From NCBI GenBank assembly GCA_963705305.1, contig OY970067.1, positions 5,216,001-5,280,000 on the forward strand: a DNA stretch of 64,000 nucleotides, written 5' to 3'. The notes under the pieces are model-generated. The model searched no databases. It was not told the DNA's origin and saw nothing but the letters and a program-made list of their open reading frames with translations. The stretch's first letter is position 1. Every line of letters begins with the position of its first letter. The DNA is from an uncultured Methylomirabilota bacterium. GTDB taxonomy: Bacteria > Methylomirabilota > Methylomirabilia > Methylomirabilales > 2-02-FULL-66-22. A program made the translations under genes and the position numbers. Positions 29,103 to 40,236 of the stretch are shown here, piece after piece.

Positions 29103-32100
29103 ATGATCTCTCTGGGGCAGTTCTTCATGGCTCGCCGGCGCGAGATCCTCATCTGGGGCGTAAGCCTCCTGGCCGCCTTCACGCTGCTGGGTTTCTTCGC
29201 CGTCCCCCCGATTCTGAAGTCTGTCCTGACGAAACAACTGACCGCCGCTCTCCACCGCGATGTGACCATCCGGGAGGTCCGCTTCAATCCGTTTGCGCTC
29301 TCCACCACGCTGCGCGGCCTGACGATCAAAGAGCCCCAGGGACCGGAGACCTTTGTCTCTCTCGAAGAGCTGTACCTGAATCTCGAGGCCTCCTCGGTAT
29401 TCCGATGGGCCATCGTCATCAAAGAGCTCCGCCTGAGCAAGCCCTTCCTTCGCATCGTCCGCCGCCAGGATCAGACCTACAGCTTCTCGGATCTCCTCCA
29501 GAGCCGAGAGGCGCCGCAGCCCCCACCGCCAAAGCCGCTGCGCTTCTCCGTCAACAACATCCGCATTGTGGACGGGGGAGTGGATTTCCTGGACGAGACC
29601 GTGGGGAAGACGCATACGGTCCGGGAGCTGAATATCGGCATCCCCTTTCTCTCGAATATTCCGTCCAGGATCAATACCTTCGTCCAGCCGGGCCTCTCGG
29701 CGGTGGTGAATGGGACGCGCTACACCCTCCGAGGAGAGACCAAGCCGTTCGCCGAATCGCTGGAGACGTCGCTAAATCTCAACATTGCCGACCTCGATCT
29801 TCCGTACTACCTCGCCTACCTTCCACAAGACCTGCTGCATTTCACGCTCCCCTCGGGCCGACTGGATGCGAAGCTCACCATCGGCTTTGTGCGCCGACAG
29901 AAGGCCGCGCAAACCCTGACCGTCAAGGGCGATATCGGCCTCCGCAGCGTCGCGGTGGACGACCGGAAGGGTGATCCTGTGGTTCGCCTGCCGGCCTTCA
30001 ACGTCGGGATCGCCTCTGCCGAGCTCTTCACCCGAACGGTGCATCTCTCCAGGGTGTCCCTCCAGTCGCCCGAACTGACGGTGCGCCGGGGAAAGACGGG
30101 CACCATCAATCTGGAGACCCTGCTCCCCACGCCGGGTCCTCCGAAAGCAGCCGCCGGGCAGGCAGCCAAGCCCGAGGGAGCGGGTCTTGTCCTGGACGTC
30201 GACGAGATCAGTGTGGCCGGGGCAAAGGTCCTGTTCTCCGACCGCCTGCCGCCCCTCCCCTTCAAGACCACCCTGGATCCCATCGATCTCAAGATCACGC
30301 AGCTGAGCAACCGCCCGAATACCAGCGGATCCTATAGCCTCGCAGCAAAGACGGAGGCCAAAGAAGGGCTGGCGCTGGCCGGAACTTTTTCCCTCACGCC
30401 GCTTCTGGTAGAGGGCACGGTCCAGGCCACGCAGGTCCCACTCACGAAGTACGCCCCTTACTACAGCGAGAGCGTTCTCTTTGACGTCGAGAGCGGGAGG
30501 CTCGATCTCTCCAGCCGGTATCGGTACGCCCAGGGAGAAAGGAAGCCCGAGATCACGGCGTCAGGGGGGGCGGTATCCGTATCTGCGCTCCGGCTCAGGC
30601 GGCGCGATGAGACCGAGGACATCCTCCGGATTCCCAGCCTCGTCATCAAGGAGATCGCGGTTGACCTGTCCAGGCGGCGCCTGACGGTGGGAGGGCTCTC
30701 CACCCAGAAGGGGATAGTTCGCGCGATTCGTCTCCCCAGCGGGGAGGTGAACCTGCAGAAGCTCACGGCCCCGGCACCGCCACCTCCGCCTGGTGCCGCC
30801 ACGGCCGCCGCCGCGGAGCCACAGCCCTGGATCGTCCACGTGAATCGGCTGGCCGTGGACCAGTACACGGCGACGCTCGAGGACCGCAGCCTCTCCGAGC
30901 CCATCACCCTGACGGCAGAAGCAATTCGCCTCACCGCCGAGAATCTCTCGACGGAGAAGAACGCCACGGGGACGCTGAGTCTGGCCCTGCTCCTCGACCA
31001 GACTGCCAAGATCTCGACCGCATCCACAGTGGGCCTGGATCCGATCCGCGCAGAAGGTCGGGTACAGGTATCCGGTCTCGTCCTTCACCGGTACGCGCCC
31101 TTCTACAAAGACCGAATCCTCTTCGATCTGCAGGACGGAACGCTCGACCTGGCATCGACCTATCGCATCCTCCGGGCGAAAGACTCCTTGGATGTCAAGC
31201 TGACCGGCCTCTCGACCTCGATCACGGCGCTGCGCCTCAAAACACGGGACACGAATCAGGAGTTTCTAAGCATCCCGAACCTGGCCATCCGGAATACCGG
31301 TGTGGACCTGTCCCAACAGGACGTCACGGTCGGCGATCTCTCCACCGAGGGGGGAACCGTCCTCGTCTCCCGCTCCCCACAGGGTGAGCTGAACCTCGCG
31401 TACCTCCTCCCACGCGCCACGAGCGCAGCCCGGTCTGCTGCGGCCAGTCCAGCGGCAGCCCCGGCCCCGGGCTTGCCGTCGAATCCAACCCGCCCCTGGA
31501 CGGTCAAGGCAGGTGCCATCTCCGTGAATCGGTACCGGATCCAGGTCACCGATGCGGTCCCGCGCGAGCCGGTGAAGCTGGACCTTGAGGACCTGAATCT
31601 GAAGGCAGAGAATCTCTCGACGGCGGAGAACGCCCCGGCGGGAAAGGTCTCACTCGGCCTTCGCCTGGGCAAAGGGACCGTCTCCGTCGAAGGCGCGGTG
31701 CGGGTCGCTCCCGTCCTGGCCGACCTGCAGCTCGCCGTCAAGGAGATCCACATTCGCCCGTTCCAGCCGTACATCGCCGACAAGGTGAAAGTCACCATCG
31801 CGGACGGTCGCATATCAACCAGCGGCCGTCTCCATCTGAGCATCAAGGAGCCCGCCGGACTGGAGGCGAAATATACGGGGGACACCACCCTGGGCAAGTT
31901 CAGCGCCATCGAGAAAGACAGCGCCGAGGACATCCTGAGATGGGAATCCCTGGCCCTGCACGACCTTTCCGTGGGCTACAACCCTCTCTTCGTCCGCGCC
32001 AAGAAGGTCGCACTGGCAGACTTCTTTGCCCGGGTGGTCGTCCAGCCCGATGGGCGGTTGAACCTGCAGGAAATCGTCTCGCCGTCGGAGCCGGTGGTTC

Positions 32101-33377
32101 AGCCCAAGCCGGCACAGCCTGTATCACCCCCCAGCCAGGCTGCGAAGACGGCTGCTCCCCTTTCGGCGACGCCAAGCCCCGGGAGAGATATTCAGATCGA
32201 AGAGGTCACGCTCCAGGGGGGGCGTATCCAGTTCCTGGATCGCACCCTCAAGCCGAACTACTCCGCGACCATGACCGAGATTGGCGGGCGGGTGACGGGA
32301 CTCTCCTCCGCGGAGACCAGCCTGGCGGATGTCGACCTGCGAGGCAAGATGAACAACTCGGCCCCGCTGGAGATCACCGGCAAGGTGAATCCCCTCAAGG
32401 AGGATCTGTTTGTGGACCTGCGGGCGCGTTTCACCGGGATGGACCTGAGCCCCACCTCGCCGTACTCCGGCAAGTATGCCGGCTACACCATCGAAAAGGG
32501 CAAACTCTCCTTTGACCTGAAATATCTCATCGATAAAGGGAAACTCGACTCCGAGAACAAGATCTTCATCGACCAATTCACGTTCGGGGATAAGGTTGAC
32601 AGCCCCACGGCTACCAGTCTCCCCGTCAAACTCGGGGTGGCGCTCCTCAAGGACCGGAACGGAGAAATCCATCTGGACATCCCGGTGTCCGGGAGCCTCA
32701 ACGATCCCAAGTTCAGCATCTGGGGTGTCGTATGGCAGATCATTGGGAACCTGATCACCAAAGCCGTGACCTCCCCCTTCGCCCTGCTGGGGTCGGTGTT
32801 CGGCGGCGGTGCGGATCTCCAGTACATGGAGTTCGACCCCGGCCGTGCCACGCTCTCCGCCGCCGACCTCAAGAAAATCGATGCGCTGGTTGGGGCCTTG
32901 TCTTCCAAGCCCTCGCTGAAGCTCGAAATTGCAGGCTACGTGGACCCGGAAGCGGACCGGGAAGGCCTGAAGCAGTTCCTGCTGCAGCGGAAAGTGAAGG
33001 CCCAGAAGCTGAACGCGATGCTGAAACAGAGCGCTGCCGCGGTGCCTGTGGATGAAGTCACCGTGGCACCAGGGGAGTACGAACGATATCTCACCCTGGC
33101 CTATCGCGCCGAGAAGTTCCCCAAGCCCCGCAACTTCATCGGCATGCTGAAGAGCCTGCCCGTGCCGGAGATGGAGAAGCTCATCCTCACGCACATCGAG
33201 GCCGGGAATGAACAGCTTCGCCAGCTCGCGTCACAGCGCGCGAATGCCGTGAAGGAAGCAATCCTCCGGTCTGGAAAGGTCGACGCGGAGCGGCTGTTCA
33301 TCGTCGAGCCGAAGAGCTTGACCCCTGAGAAGAAGGACAAGGTCAAAGACAGCCGGGTTGAGTTCAAGATCGGATAG
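29103..33377 (+). CDS. Large DUF748-repeat envelope protein with OmpA-like C-terminal region
   Basis: N-terminal TM anchor, FNPF, repeated beta-rich units, PYSGKYAGYTIEKGKL, LLKDRNGEI, LASQRANAVK, SRVEF. Confidence 0.85.
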   Translation: MISLGQFFMARRREILIWGVSLLAAFTLLGFFAVPPILKSVLTKQLTAALHRDVTIREVRFNPFALSTTLRGLTIKEPQGPETFVSLEELYLNLEASSVFRWAIVIKELRLSKPFLRIVRRQDQTYSFSDLLQSREAPQPPPPKPLRFSVNNIRIVDGGVDFLDETVGKTHTVRELNIGIPFLSNIPSRINTFVQPGLSAVVNGTRYTLRGETKPFAESLETSLNLNIADLDLPYYLAYLPQDLLHFTLPSGRLDAKLTIGFVRRQKAAQTLTVKGDIGLRSVAVDDRKGDPVVRLPAFNVGIASAELFTRTVHLSRVSLQSPELTVRRGKTGTINLETLLPTPGPPKAAAGQAAKPEGAGLVLDVDEISVAGAKVLFSDRLPPLPFKTTLDPIDLKITQLSNRPNTSGSYSLAAKTEAKEGLALAGTFSLTPLLVEGTVQATQVPLTKYAPYYSESVLFDVESGRLDLSSRYRYAQGERKPEITASGGAVSVSALRLRRRDETEDILRIPSLVIKEIAVDLSRRRLTVGGLSTQKGIVRAIRLPSGEVNLQKLTAPAPPPPPGAATAAAAEPQPWIVHVNRLAVDQYTATLEDRSLSEPITLTAEAIRLTAENLSTEKNATGTLSLALLLDQTAKISTASTVGLDPIRAEGRVQVSGLVLHRYAPFYKDRILFDLQDGTLDLASTYRILRAKDSLDVKLTGLSTSITALRLKTRDTNQEFLSIPNLAIRNTGVDLSQQDVTVGDLSTEGGTVLVSRSPQGELNLAYLLPRATSAARSAAASPAAAPAPGLPSNPTRPWTVKAGAISVNRYRIQVTDAVPREPVKLDLEDLNLKAENLSTAENAPAGKVSLGLRLGKGTVSVEGAVRVAPVLADLQLAVKEIHIRPFQPYIADKVKVTIADGRISTSGRLHLSIKEPAGLEAKYTGDTTLGKFSAIEKDSAEDILRWESLALHDLSVGYNPLFVRAKKVALADFFARVVVQPDGRLNLQEIVSPSEPVVQPKPAQPVSPPSQAAKTAAPLSATPSPGRDIQIEEVTLQGGRIQFLDRTLKPNYSATMTEIGGRVTGLSSAETSLADVDLRGKMNNSAPLEITGKVNPLKEDLFVDLRARFTGMDLSPTSPYSGKYAGYTIEKGKLSFDLKYLIDKGKLDSENKIFIDQFTFGDKVDSPTATSLPVKLGVALLKDRNGEIHLDIPVSGSLNDPKFSIWGVVWQIIGNLITKAVTSPFALLGSVFGGGADLQYMEFDPGRATLSAADLKKIDALVGALSSKPSLKLEIAGYVDPEADREGLKQFLLQRKVKAQKLNAMLKQSAAAVPVDEVTVAPGEYERYLTLAYRAEKFPKPRNFIGMLKSLPVPEMEKLILTHIEAGNEQLRQLASQRANAVKEAILRSGKVDAERLFIVEPKSLTPEKKDKVKDSRVEFKIG

Positions 33378-33470
33378 GAGGCAGATCGCGCAGCCTCTCC
33401 GCCTCAGGCAGGGTGCAGCAATGTGGGGCTGTAGAGAATTCATGGATTCCGTCGAATCAGGAGAGATCCC

Positions 33471-34751
33471 GTGATCCAGGCCGATCTGATCGTCGAGGGC
33501 GCAGCCGAGCTCCTGACCCTGCGGGGGACATCGACCCGCCCCCGACGCGGCGGAGAGATGCGCGAACTGGAGATCATCCGCCAGGGAGCCCTGGCCGCCC
33601 GCCGCGGCAAGATCGTGTGGGTGGGATCGGCCGCCGAGCTGCCGACCGCCGTGAAACCCGTGGCCTTCGCCAAGCTCATCGACGCGTACGGCAAGACGGT
33701 CATGCCGGGCCTGGTGGATCCGCACACGCACCTGGTCTTCGCCGGAAGCCGCGAGAACGAGTTCGTCATGCGCATCCAGGGCAAGAGCTATCAGCAGATC
33801 GCCGCGGCCGGGGGCGGGATCAACGCCACCGTGGCAGCCACGCGGCGCGCCGCCGAGTCGGAACTGCTGGCCCAGGCCCGCCGGACGCTGGATCGCATGC
33901 TGACCCTGGGGACAACAACCGTCGAGGCCAAGAGCGGCTACGGCCTCGATCTCGAAACCGAGATGAAGATGCTGGAGGTCATCCGGGCGCTGAACGAAGA
34001 GGGTCCCATGACGGTGGTTCCCACGTTCATGGGGGCCCACGAGGTTCCTCCGGAATTCCGGCAGGATCCCGCGGCCTATGTGGACCTGATCGTGAACACG
34101 ATGATTCCCGGGGTGGCCTCCCGCAAGCTGGCGCGCTTCTGCGATGTGTTCTGTGAGAGCGGCGTCTTCAGTCCGGAGCAGACCGAGCGCATCCTCCGGG
34201 CGGCCCAGGCCGCCGGCCTGGAGCCCCGCATCCACGCCGACGAGCTGACCGACCTGAACGGGGCCGCCCTGGCCGCCCGGGTGAAGGCCCGGACCGCCGA
34301 CCACTTGCTGTGCGCCAACGACGACGGGATTCGGCAGATGGCGGCTGCCGGGGTGATCGCCGTCCTGCTGCCCGGGACGGCCTACTTCCTCCACATGCAG
34401 CGGTACGCGCGGGCCCGGGACATGATCAATGCCGGTGTGCCCGTCGCCCTGGCCACCGATTGCAATCCCGGCTCCTGCATGACCGAGTCCTTGCCGCTCA
34501 TTTTGAATCTGGCCTGCACCCAGATGCGGATGTCGCCGGCCGAGGCCATCACGGCGGCCACCATCAATGCCGCCTGGGCCGTCGGCGAGGCGGACTGCGC
34601 CGGCAGCTTGGAGGTCGGCAAGCAGGCCGACCTGCTCGTGCTCGATGCCCCCAATCACGAGCACCTCTGCTACCACTTCGGCGTGAACCTGGTGGCCACC
34701 GTGGTGAAGAGCGGCCGGGTGGTGGCGGAGGGCGGTCAGCGGGTCCGCTGA
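33471..34751 (+). CDS. hutI: Imidazolonepropionase
   Basis: PGLVDPHTHLVFAGSR, EAKSGYGL, IHADEL, ALATDCNPGS. Confidence 0.96.
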   Translation: MIQADLIVEGAAELLTLRGTSTRPRRGGEMRELEIIRQGALAARRGKIVWVGSAAELPTAVKPVAFAKLIDAYGKTVMPGLVDPHTHLVFAGSRENEFVMRIQGKSYQQIAAAGGGINATVAATRRAAESELLAQARRTLDRMLTLGTTTVEAKSGYGLDLETEMKMLEVIRALNEEGPMTVVPTFMGAHEVPPEFRQDPAAYVDLIVNTMIPGVASRKLARFCDVFCESGVFSPEQTERILRAAQAAGLEPRIHADELTDLNGAALAARVKARTADHLLCANDDGIRQMAAAGVIAVLLPGTAYFLHMQRYARARDMINAGVPVALATDCNPGSCMTESLPLILNLACTQMRMSPAEAITAATINAAWAVGEADCAGSLEVGKQADLLVLDAPNHEHLCYHFGVNLVATVVKSGRVVAEGGQRVR

Positions 34752-34804
34752 CCAGAGAGGTTTGAGGTCGCTTCCCGGCCATTCGTCGGGTACCATAGGC
34801 CGCA

Positions 34805-36022
34805 ATGGCATTCATGCAGAACGCGGCTCCGTGGATCAAGCACACCGGCGCGATAGCCACCCTCGCCCTGCTGGCGGCCTGCCAATCCGGCCCGCTCCCG
34901 CCATCGGCGATGATCCCATCCGGCGCGGCGCCGGGGCCGGCACCCGCTCCGCCGTCCTCGGCTGCCTCCGACGCGGCGACTTTGACCATGGCGGTGGATC
35001 TCCACACGCTGCCCGACCTGGCGGCCATCATTCCACGCCTGGCCGAAAGCCGCGTCGTCTTCGTCGGCGAGCTCCACACCGACTATGCGGCCCACCTCAA
35101 TCAATTGGCGATCATCCGCGGCGTGCACGAGCGGCGTCCCGACCTGGCCATCGGCATGGAATACTTCCAGCAGCCCTTCCAGCGGTATCTCGACGACTAC
35201 GTTGCCGGCCGGATCACCGAGACCGAGCTGCTGGCCAAAACGGAGTACTTCACCCGGTGGGGATATGATTTCCGCCTGTACGAACCCATATTGGCCTATG
35301 CCAGGCAGCAGCATATTCCGCTGGTGGCGCTGAACGTTCCCTCGGAGATCGTCCGGAAAGTAGGTCGGTCCGGCTTCTCCGGATTGTCCGCGCAGGAGCG
35401 CGCCCAGGTTCCTCAGGACATGGACCGCTCCAGTGCCGCCTACCGCGACTACTTGCAATCGGTGTTCCGGGAGCATCCCGGCGCCACGGGCATGCCCTTC
35501 GACCACTTCTTTGATGCGCAGCTCCTCTGGGATGAGGGCATGGCGGCCTGCGCCGCCCGCTATCTTCACGAGCACCCGGGGCGGGCGATGGTGATCCTGG
35601 CGGGCAGCGGGCACGTGCAGTACGGTTTCGGCCTTCCGGATCGTCTCTCCCGCCGGCTCCCCGTCAGCCGCACCGTTGTCGTGGACGGGCTGAGCGCGGC
35701 CTTCGCAACCGACCTGGCGGATATCGTCCTGCTGCACAAGGAGATGGCTCTGCCGCCGGCGGGGACCCTCGGCGTGACGCTGGAGCCCGCCGAGGACGGG
35801 CTCCGGATTGCCTCCTTCGCCGAGAACAGCGCCGCTCGGGCCACGGGACTCCGGCCCGGCGACCGGATCCTGTCCCTGAACGGGCAGACGATGAAGGACC
35901 TGGCGGACGTGAAGCTCGTGATGTGGGACAAGCGGCCCGGCGACCGGGTGGTGGTGAGAGTCAGGCGGCACTCCTGGCTTCTTTCCGCACGGGAGATGTC
36001 CTTCGAGGTCACGCTGCGGTAG
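34805..36022 (+). CDS. ChaN/EreA-like lipoprotein with C-terminal PDZ domain
   Basis: Lipobox LAAC; VFVGELH, IGMEYF, AQLLWDEGMA, LAGSGH; PDZ SAARATGLRPGDRI. Confidence 0.85.
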   Translation: MAFMQNAAPWIKHTGAIATLALLAACQSGPLPPSAMIPSGAAPGPAPAPPSSAASDAATLTMAVDLHTLPDLAAIIPRLAESRVVFVGELHTDYAAHLNQLAIIRGVHERRPDLAIGMEYFQQPFQRYLDDYVAGRITETELLAKTEYFTRWGYDFRLYEPILAYARQQHIPLVALNVPSEIVRKVGRSGFSGLSAQERAQVPQDMDRSSAAYRDYLQSVFREHPGATGMPFDHFFDAQLLWDEGMAACAARYLHEHPGRAMVILAGSGHVQYGFGLPDRLSRRLPVSRTVVVDGLSAAFATDLADIVLLHKEMALPPAGTLGVTLEPAEDGLRIASFAENSAARATGLRPGDRILSLNGQTMKDLADVKLVMWDKRPGDRVVVRVRRHSWLLSAREMSFEVTLR

Positions 36023-36265
36023 GGCCGCCCGGGCTGCCGCGGCCCTCCAGCGCGGATGCTCTCCGGCCGGCTTCCCTTCTTCCGCTCCCACCCCCCGCCC
36101 AGAGACGTTTAGCGACATGTGCCCGGGCGGTGAGAGCCGGTTTGGGCCTGCGCGGGGAGGCCGGAAAGGGTAAGGGAAAACGGGGAGGGAGCTGATGCGC
36201 GCGTCGGACGCCGGAAGATCCGCCAGGAATGGAGAGGCTCCGGGGCCGGCGCGGACGGTCTCTGA

Positions 36266-37240
36266 TCACCGGGCAGCCAGGGCCCGACTCCTTTTCTCCA
36301 GCAGTTCCTCCACCGCCTGCACGCTGTCCGGCGTGAGGGCCTTGTCTGCGGCAGCGGCGGTCTCCCGGATCTGGTCCGGACGGCGCGTGCCCACGATGGC
36401 TGCGGTCAGCTCCGGCCGGTGAAGCACCCAGGCCAGGGCCAGCTGCGCCAATGTCATATCCTGCTTTCGGGCCAGCCGCTCCAGGCCGCGGACCAGCTCC
36501 AGATTGATGCTGAGCTGCGGCTCCTTGAACATGGGGTCGTTCCGGCGGTGATCGTCCGGCGACAGGTCACGCATCCGATCCGCCGAGAATGCGCCGGTGA
36601 GCAGTCCCTTTTGCATGGGGCTGTACGCGATCACGCCGATCCGGTGCTTGGCGCAGTACGGAAGGACCTCCGATTCGATGTCTCGGCGCAGCATGCTGTA
36701 CGGCGGCTGGAGGGAGGCGATGGGATGGATGGGCCGCAACCGCTCCATCTGGGCCACCGTGATGTTGGAGACACCGAGGAACCTGACCTTCCCTTCCTTG
36801 ACGAGGCGGGCCATGGCATCCCACCCCTCCTCGATCTCCTCGTCAGGATCGGGCCAGTGCATCTGGTACAGGTCAATGACGTCGACACCCAGACGCCGCA
36901 GGCTGGCGTCGGCCTCCTCCCGCACGCTGGCCGCCCTCAGGCGCCCGTAGATGTTCCCGTTGTCGTTCCAGTGGCGGCCGCACTTGGTTGCAATGAGAGG
37001 TCTCCGCATGCACTTTCTCAAGGCCAGGCCGACCACCTCCTCGGAATGGCCATGGCCGTAAACCGGGGCAGTGTCGATCCAGTTGACCCCGAGTTCCACT
37101 GCCCGGGCCACGGCGTTCACGGAGTCCTGGTCGTTCTGTGGTCCCCAGCTGAACTTCCACCCGCCGCCGCCCACGGCCCAGGAGCCGAAGCCGATCACGC
37201 TGAGGTCCAGATCCGACCAGCCGAGTCTCTTGGTTCGCAT
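36266..37240 (-). CDS. Aldo/keto reductase
   Basis: IDTAPVYG, IATKCG, DLYQMHWPD, GVSN, YSPMQKGLLTG. Confidence 0.93.
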   Translation of the reverse strand: MRTKRLGWSDLDLSVIGFGSWAVGGGGWKFSWGPQNDQDSVNAVARAVELGVNWIDTAPVYGHGHSEEVVGLALRKCMRRPLIATKCGRHWNDNGNIYGRLRAASVREEADASLRRLGVDVIDLYQMHWPDPDEEIEEGWDAMARLVKEGKVRFLGVSNITVAQMERLRPIHPIASLQPPYSMLRRDIESEVLPYCAKHRIGVIAYSPMQKGLLTGAFSADRMRDLSPDDHRRNDPMFKEPQLSINLELVRGLERLARKQDMTLAQLALAWVLHRPELTAAIVGTRRPDQIRETAAAADKALTPDSVQAVEELLEKRSRALAAR

Positions 37241-37654
37241 CTCCAGTTTCCCTCTCCTGCCTGGCCGCGGCGACCGCGAGTCATTCAATTCTCGGGGTAG
37301 GACGGCACTCTCCCCCCGTCAACCCGGGCTATTTACCTATCATTGCAATCGCCTGCCGACAAGGAAATTCCAGCAGCCGGCGCCCACGGATCTCGTGATG
37401 CGGAGGTCGGCCTCCGTCGCAGGCAGGGTGGCTCTCCCCGCCGCCCCCGGCGGCCCGGACGGTCACTCGCCGCGGCATCGCCAGGAGCGCCCAACGTCGT
37501 CGAGTCATTCGACCCTCATGACATTTCATCGTCAGGCGGCAACAGGAACCCCCCCGGGCGGGGCTTCATGGTCTACAATACCCCGTCGAAGCTGACGCCC
37601 GCCCCCGCATGGTGCGAGGCGGACGCCCCACGGAACCCACGTCAAGGAGCCAGC

Positions 37655-38065
37655 ATGGTCAAGATAGACGTCCTGTATCACGGCGGGCTGCGCTGCGAAG
37701 CGGTGCACGGCCCCAGCGGCGAGAAGCTCGTGACCGATGCCCCTGTGGACAATCATGGGAAAGGCGAATCGTTCTCTCCTACCGATCTGGTGGCCACCGC
37801 GCTCGGGACCTGCATCTCCACCGTCATGGGGATCGTGGCCGAACGGGACGGCATCGACCTCCGCGGGATGCGGATCTCCGTGGAGAAGCACATGGCCGCC
37901 GCGCCGGCCCGCCGAATCGCCAAGCTGCTTGTTCGGGTGGAGATGCCGGGCCGACTCACGGAAGCTCAGCGGGCCAAGCTGGAGCGGACCGCCCACACCT
38001 GCCCGGTCCACCAGACCCTGCACGGAAATGTGGAGATGCCGATCGAGTTCGTGTATCCAACCTAG
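37655..38065 (+). CDS. OsmC family protein
   Basis: TDAPVDNHGKGESFSPTDL, LGTC, TCPVH. Confidence 0.9.
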   Translation: MVKIDVLYHGGLRCEAVHGPSGEKLVTDAPVDNHGKGESFSPTDLVATALGTCISTVMGIVAERDGIDLRGMRISVEKHMAAAPARRIAKLLVRVEMPGRLTEAQRAKLERTAHTCPVHQTLHGNVEMPIEFVYPT

Positions 38066-38203
38066 GCGAAAAGGAGTAAGGGTCGTCAGGCTGGGCGGTG
38101 GGCGGCTTCGGCGGCCCCGGGGGCGGGACGCGCGAGACAACCCCTCCGAGAGCGCCGAGAGCGGTGGCCCCACCCGGAAGAGCCGGCCGCGCTCGTCCGA
38201 ACA

Positions 38204-38887
38204 TCAATCCTGTTCGTTTCCAGACGAATGCGGGAAGACCCCGACCGGCCGCGCCCCTGCCACCCGCTTTTCCAATGCCTCCACCCGTGCGGCCAGGGCC
38301 ACCAGCTTGGCCGCCACCACGTCGGGGAGCTGGGAGTGCTCCAGGTCCGGAACATCCTTCTCGCCGTGGGGGCGGCTGCGCTTGACGATCTGGCCGGGGA
38401 CGCCGACCACGACCGAGTTGGGCGGCACCGATTTGACCACCACCGCATTGGCCCCGATCCGGCTGTCCGCTCCCACCGTGAAGGCTCCCAGGATCTTGGC
38501 CCCGGCCCCCACCACCACGCGATCCTCCAGGGTCGGGTGCCGCTTGCCCTTGGCCAGGCTCGTCCCACCCAACGTCACGCCGTGGTAGAGCGTCACGTCC
38601 GCCCCGATCTCGGCCGTCTCCCCGATCACCACCCCCATCCCGTGGTCGATGAAGAATCGGGGGCCGATCGTCGCGCCTGGGTGAATCTCGATCCCGGTCA
38701 GCGCGCGCGCGGCGTGAGACACCCAGCGGGCCAGGAGCTTCAGCCGGTGCGTCCAGAGCCAGTGCGCCAGCCGGTGCCCCCAGACGGCATGCAGACCGGG
38801 ATAGCAGAGCAGGACTTCCAGCGTGCTCCGCGCCGCCGGATCCCGCGCGAAGACGGATCGGATGTCCTCCCGGATCGTTCGAAGCAT
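38204..38887 (-). CDS. cysE: Serine O-acetyltransferase
   Basis: [32 protein letters not shown] hexapeptide repeats. Confidence 0.96.
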   Translation of the reverse strand: MLRTIREDIRSVFARDPAARSTLEVLLCYPGLHAVWGHRLAHWLWTHRLKLLARWVSHAARALTGIEIHPGATIGPRFFIDHGMGVVIGETAEIGADVTLYHGVTLGGTSLAKGKRHPTLEDRVVVGAGAKILGAFTVGADSRIGANAVVVKSVPPNSVVVGVPGQIVKRSRPHGEKDVPDLEHSQLPDVVAAKLVALAARVEALEKRVAGARPVGVFPHSSGNEQD

Positions 38888-38906
38888 CGCGTGTCTCTCC
38901 CTCGGG

Positions 38907-39839
38907 TCAATCGGCCAGATCCGCGAAGAGCGGCGTGCTCAGATACCGCTCCCCGAACGACGGGACGATCACGACGATCAGCTTCCCGGTGTTGTCCCGG
39001 CGCCGCGCCACCTCGCGGGCGGCCCAGATCGCGGCCCCGGAGGAGATCCCCACCAGGATCCCTTCCTCGCGGGCCGCGCGTCGGGCGGTGGCAAAGGCGT
39101 CGTCGTTCTTCACGCGGATGACCTCGTCGTAGATATCCGTGTTGAGCACCTCCGGAATGAAGCCCGCCCCGATCCCCTGGATGGGGTGCGGGCCCTTCTG
39201 CCCGCCGGACAGCACGGGAGAGGCGTCCGGCTCCACCGCCACGCATGCGAAGGAGGGCTTCCGGGCCTTGAGCACCTCGCCCACACCGGTGATCGTCCCC
39301 CCCGTGCCGATCCCCGCCACCAGGATGTCGGCCTTTCCCTCCGTGTCCCGCCAGATCTCCTCGGCGGTCGTGCGCCGGTGGATCTCGGGGTTGGCGGGGT
39401 TCTTGAACTGCTGCGGAATGAAATAGCGGGGATCTGAGGCGGCCATCTCCTCCGCCTTCTTGATGGCCCCGGCCATGCCGTCGCTGCCGGGCGTCAGGAT
39501 GAGTTCCGCCCCGTATGCGCGCAGCAGCACACGCCGCTCCTTGCTCATCGTCTCCGGCATGGTCAGGGCGCACTTGTACCCGCGGGCCGCACAGACAAAC
39601 GCCAAGGCGATTCCGGTGTTGCCGCTGGTCGGCTCTAGGACGATCGTGTCGGGCTTGATGAGCCCGGCCCGCTCCGCCGCGTCGATCATGGCCACCCCGA
39701 TGCGGTCCTTCACGCTGTGGGCGGGGTTGAAGAACTCCAGCTTGGCCACCACGTCCGCCGCGCACCCTGCGGTGATCCGTCGCAGCCGCACCAGGGGGGT
39801 ATTGCCGATCAGGTCTGTGACGTCGTTCGCGATTTTCAT
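38907..39839 (-). CDS. cysK: Cysteine synthase A
   Basis: IGNTPLV, SVKDRI (PLP lysine), [20 protein letters not shown]. Confidence 0.97.
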   Translation of the reverse strand: MKIANDVTDLIGNTPLVRLRRITAGCAADVVAKLEFFNPAHSVKDRIGVAMIDAAERAGLIKPDTIVLEPTSGNTGIALAFVCAARGYKCALTMPETMSKERRVLLRAYGAELILTPGSDGMAGAIKKAEEMAASDPRYFIPQQFKNPANPEIHRRTTAEEIWRDTEGKADILVAGIGTGGTITGVGEVLKARKPSFACVAVEPDASPVLSGGQKGPHPIQGIGAGFIPEVLNTDIYDEVIRVKNDDAFATARRAAREEGILVGISSGAAIWAAREVARRRDNTGKLIVVIVPSFGERYLSTPLFADLAD

Positions 39840-40236
39840 GGAATATCCTCCGCGCCGGTGCCGAGGCACCTAGCCTGCTACGCCATTCGACCGGAATGCA
39901 TTGACTCCCGTGGGTACCCTGCGGTCCGCATCTTGTCTGTTGCGGGCCAGGCGGACCCTTGGGACGCGCCACGGAGGCCAGGCGACTTCTTTATGTGAAT
40001 GGACAAATCCCGATTGGGATACTGTCCATTTATCGCCAAAAAAACTGCCCTTCGTTTCGCAAAGATCTTATCGAGACCTTCTCGACATTTACACACGCAG
40101 CAAGCACTCCCACAGGTGTAGCTCTTCCTTTGCAAGCGTACATTGCCAATGAGAAATGGGCAACCATCAATTGAAAGAAGGTGGTTTTTGACTTGAATCA
40201 TATCACACCGGAACCGAGCGAAGGCTCCGACGAGGA

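Noticed and set aside
18563..29455. Very long alternative-frame ORFs (918 aa at 18563, 916 aa at 21240, 763 aa at 27164)
   Set aside because: They overlap well-supported genes, are Arg/Gly/Pro-rich and motif-free; typical shadow ORFs of high-GC DNA
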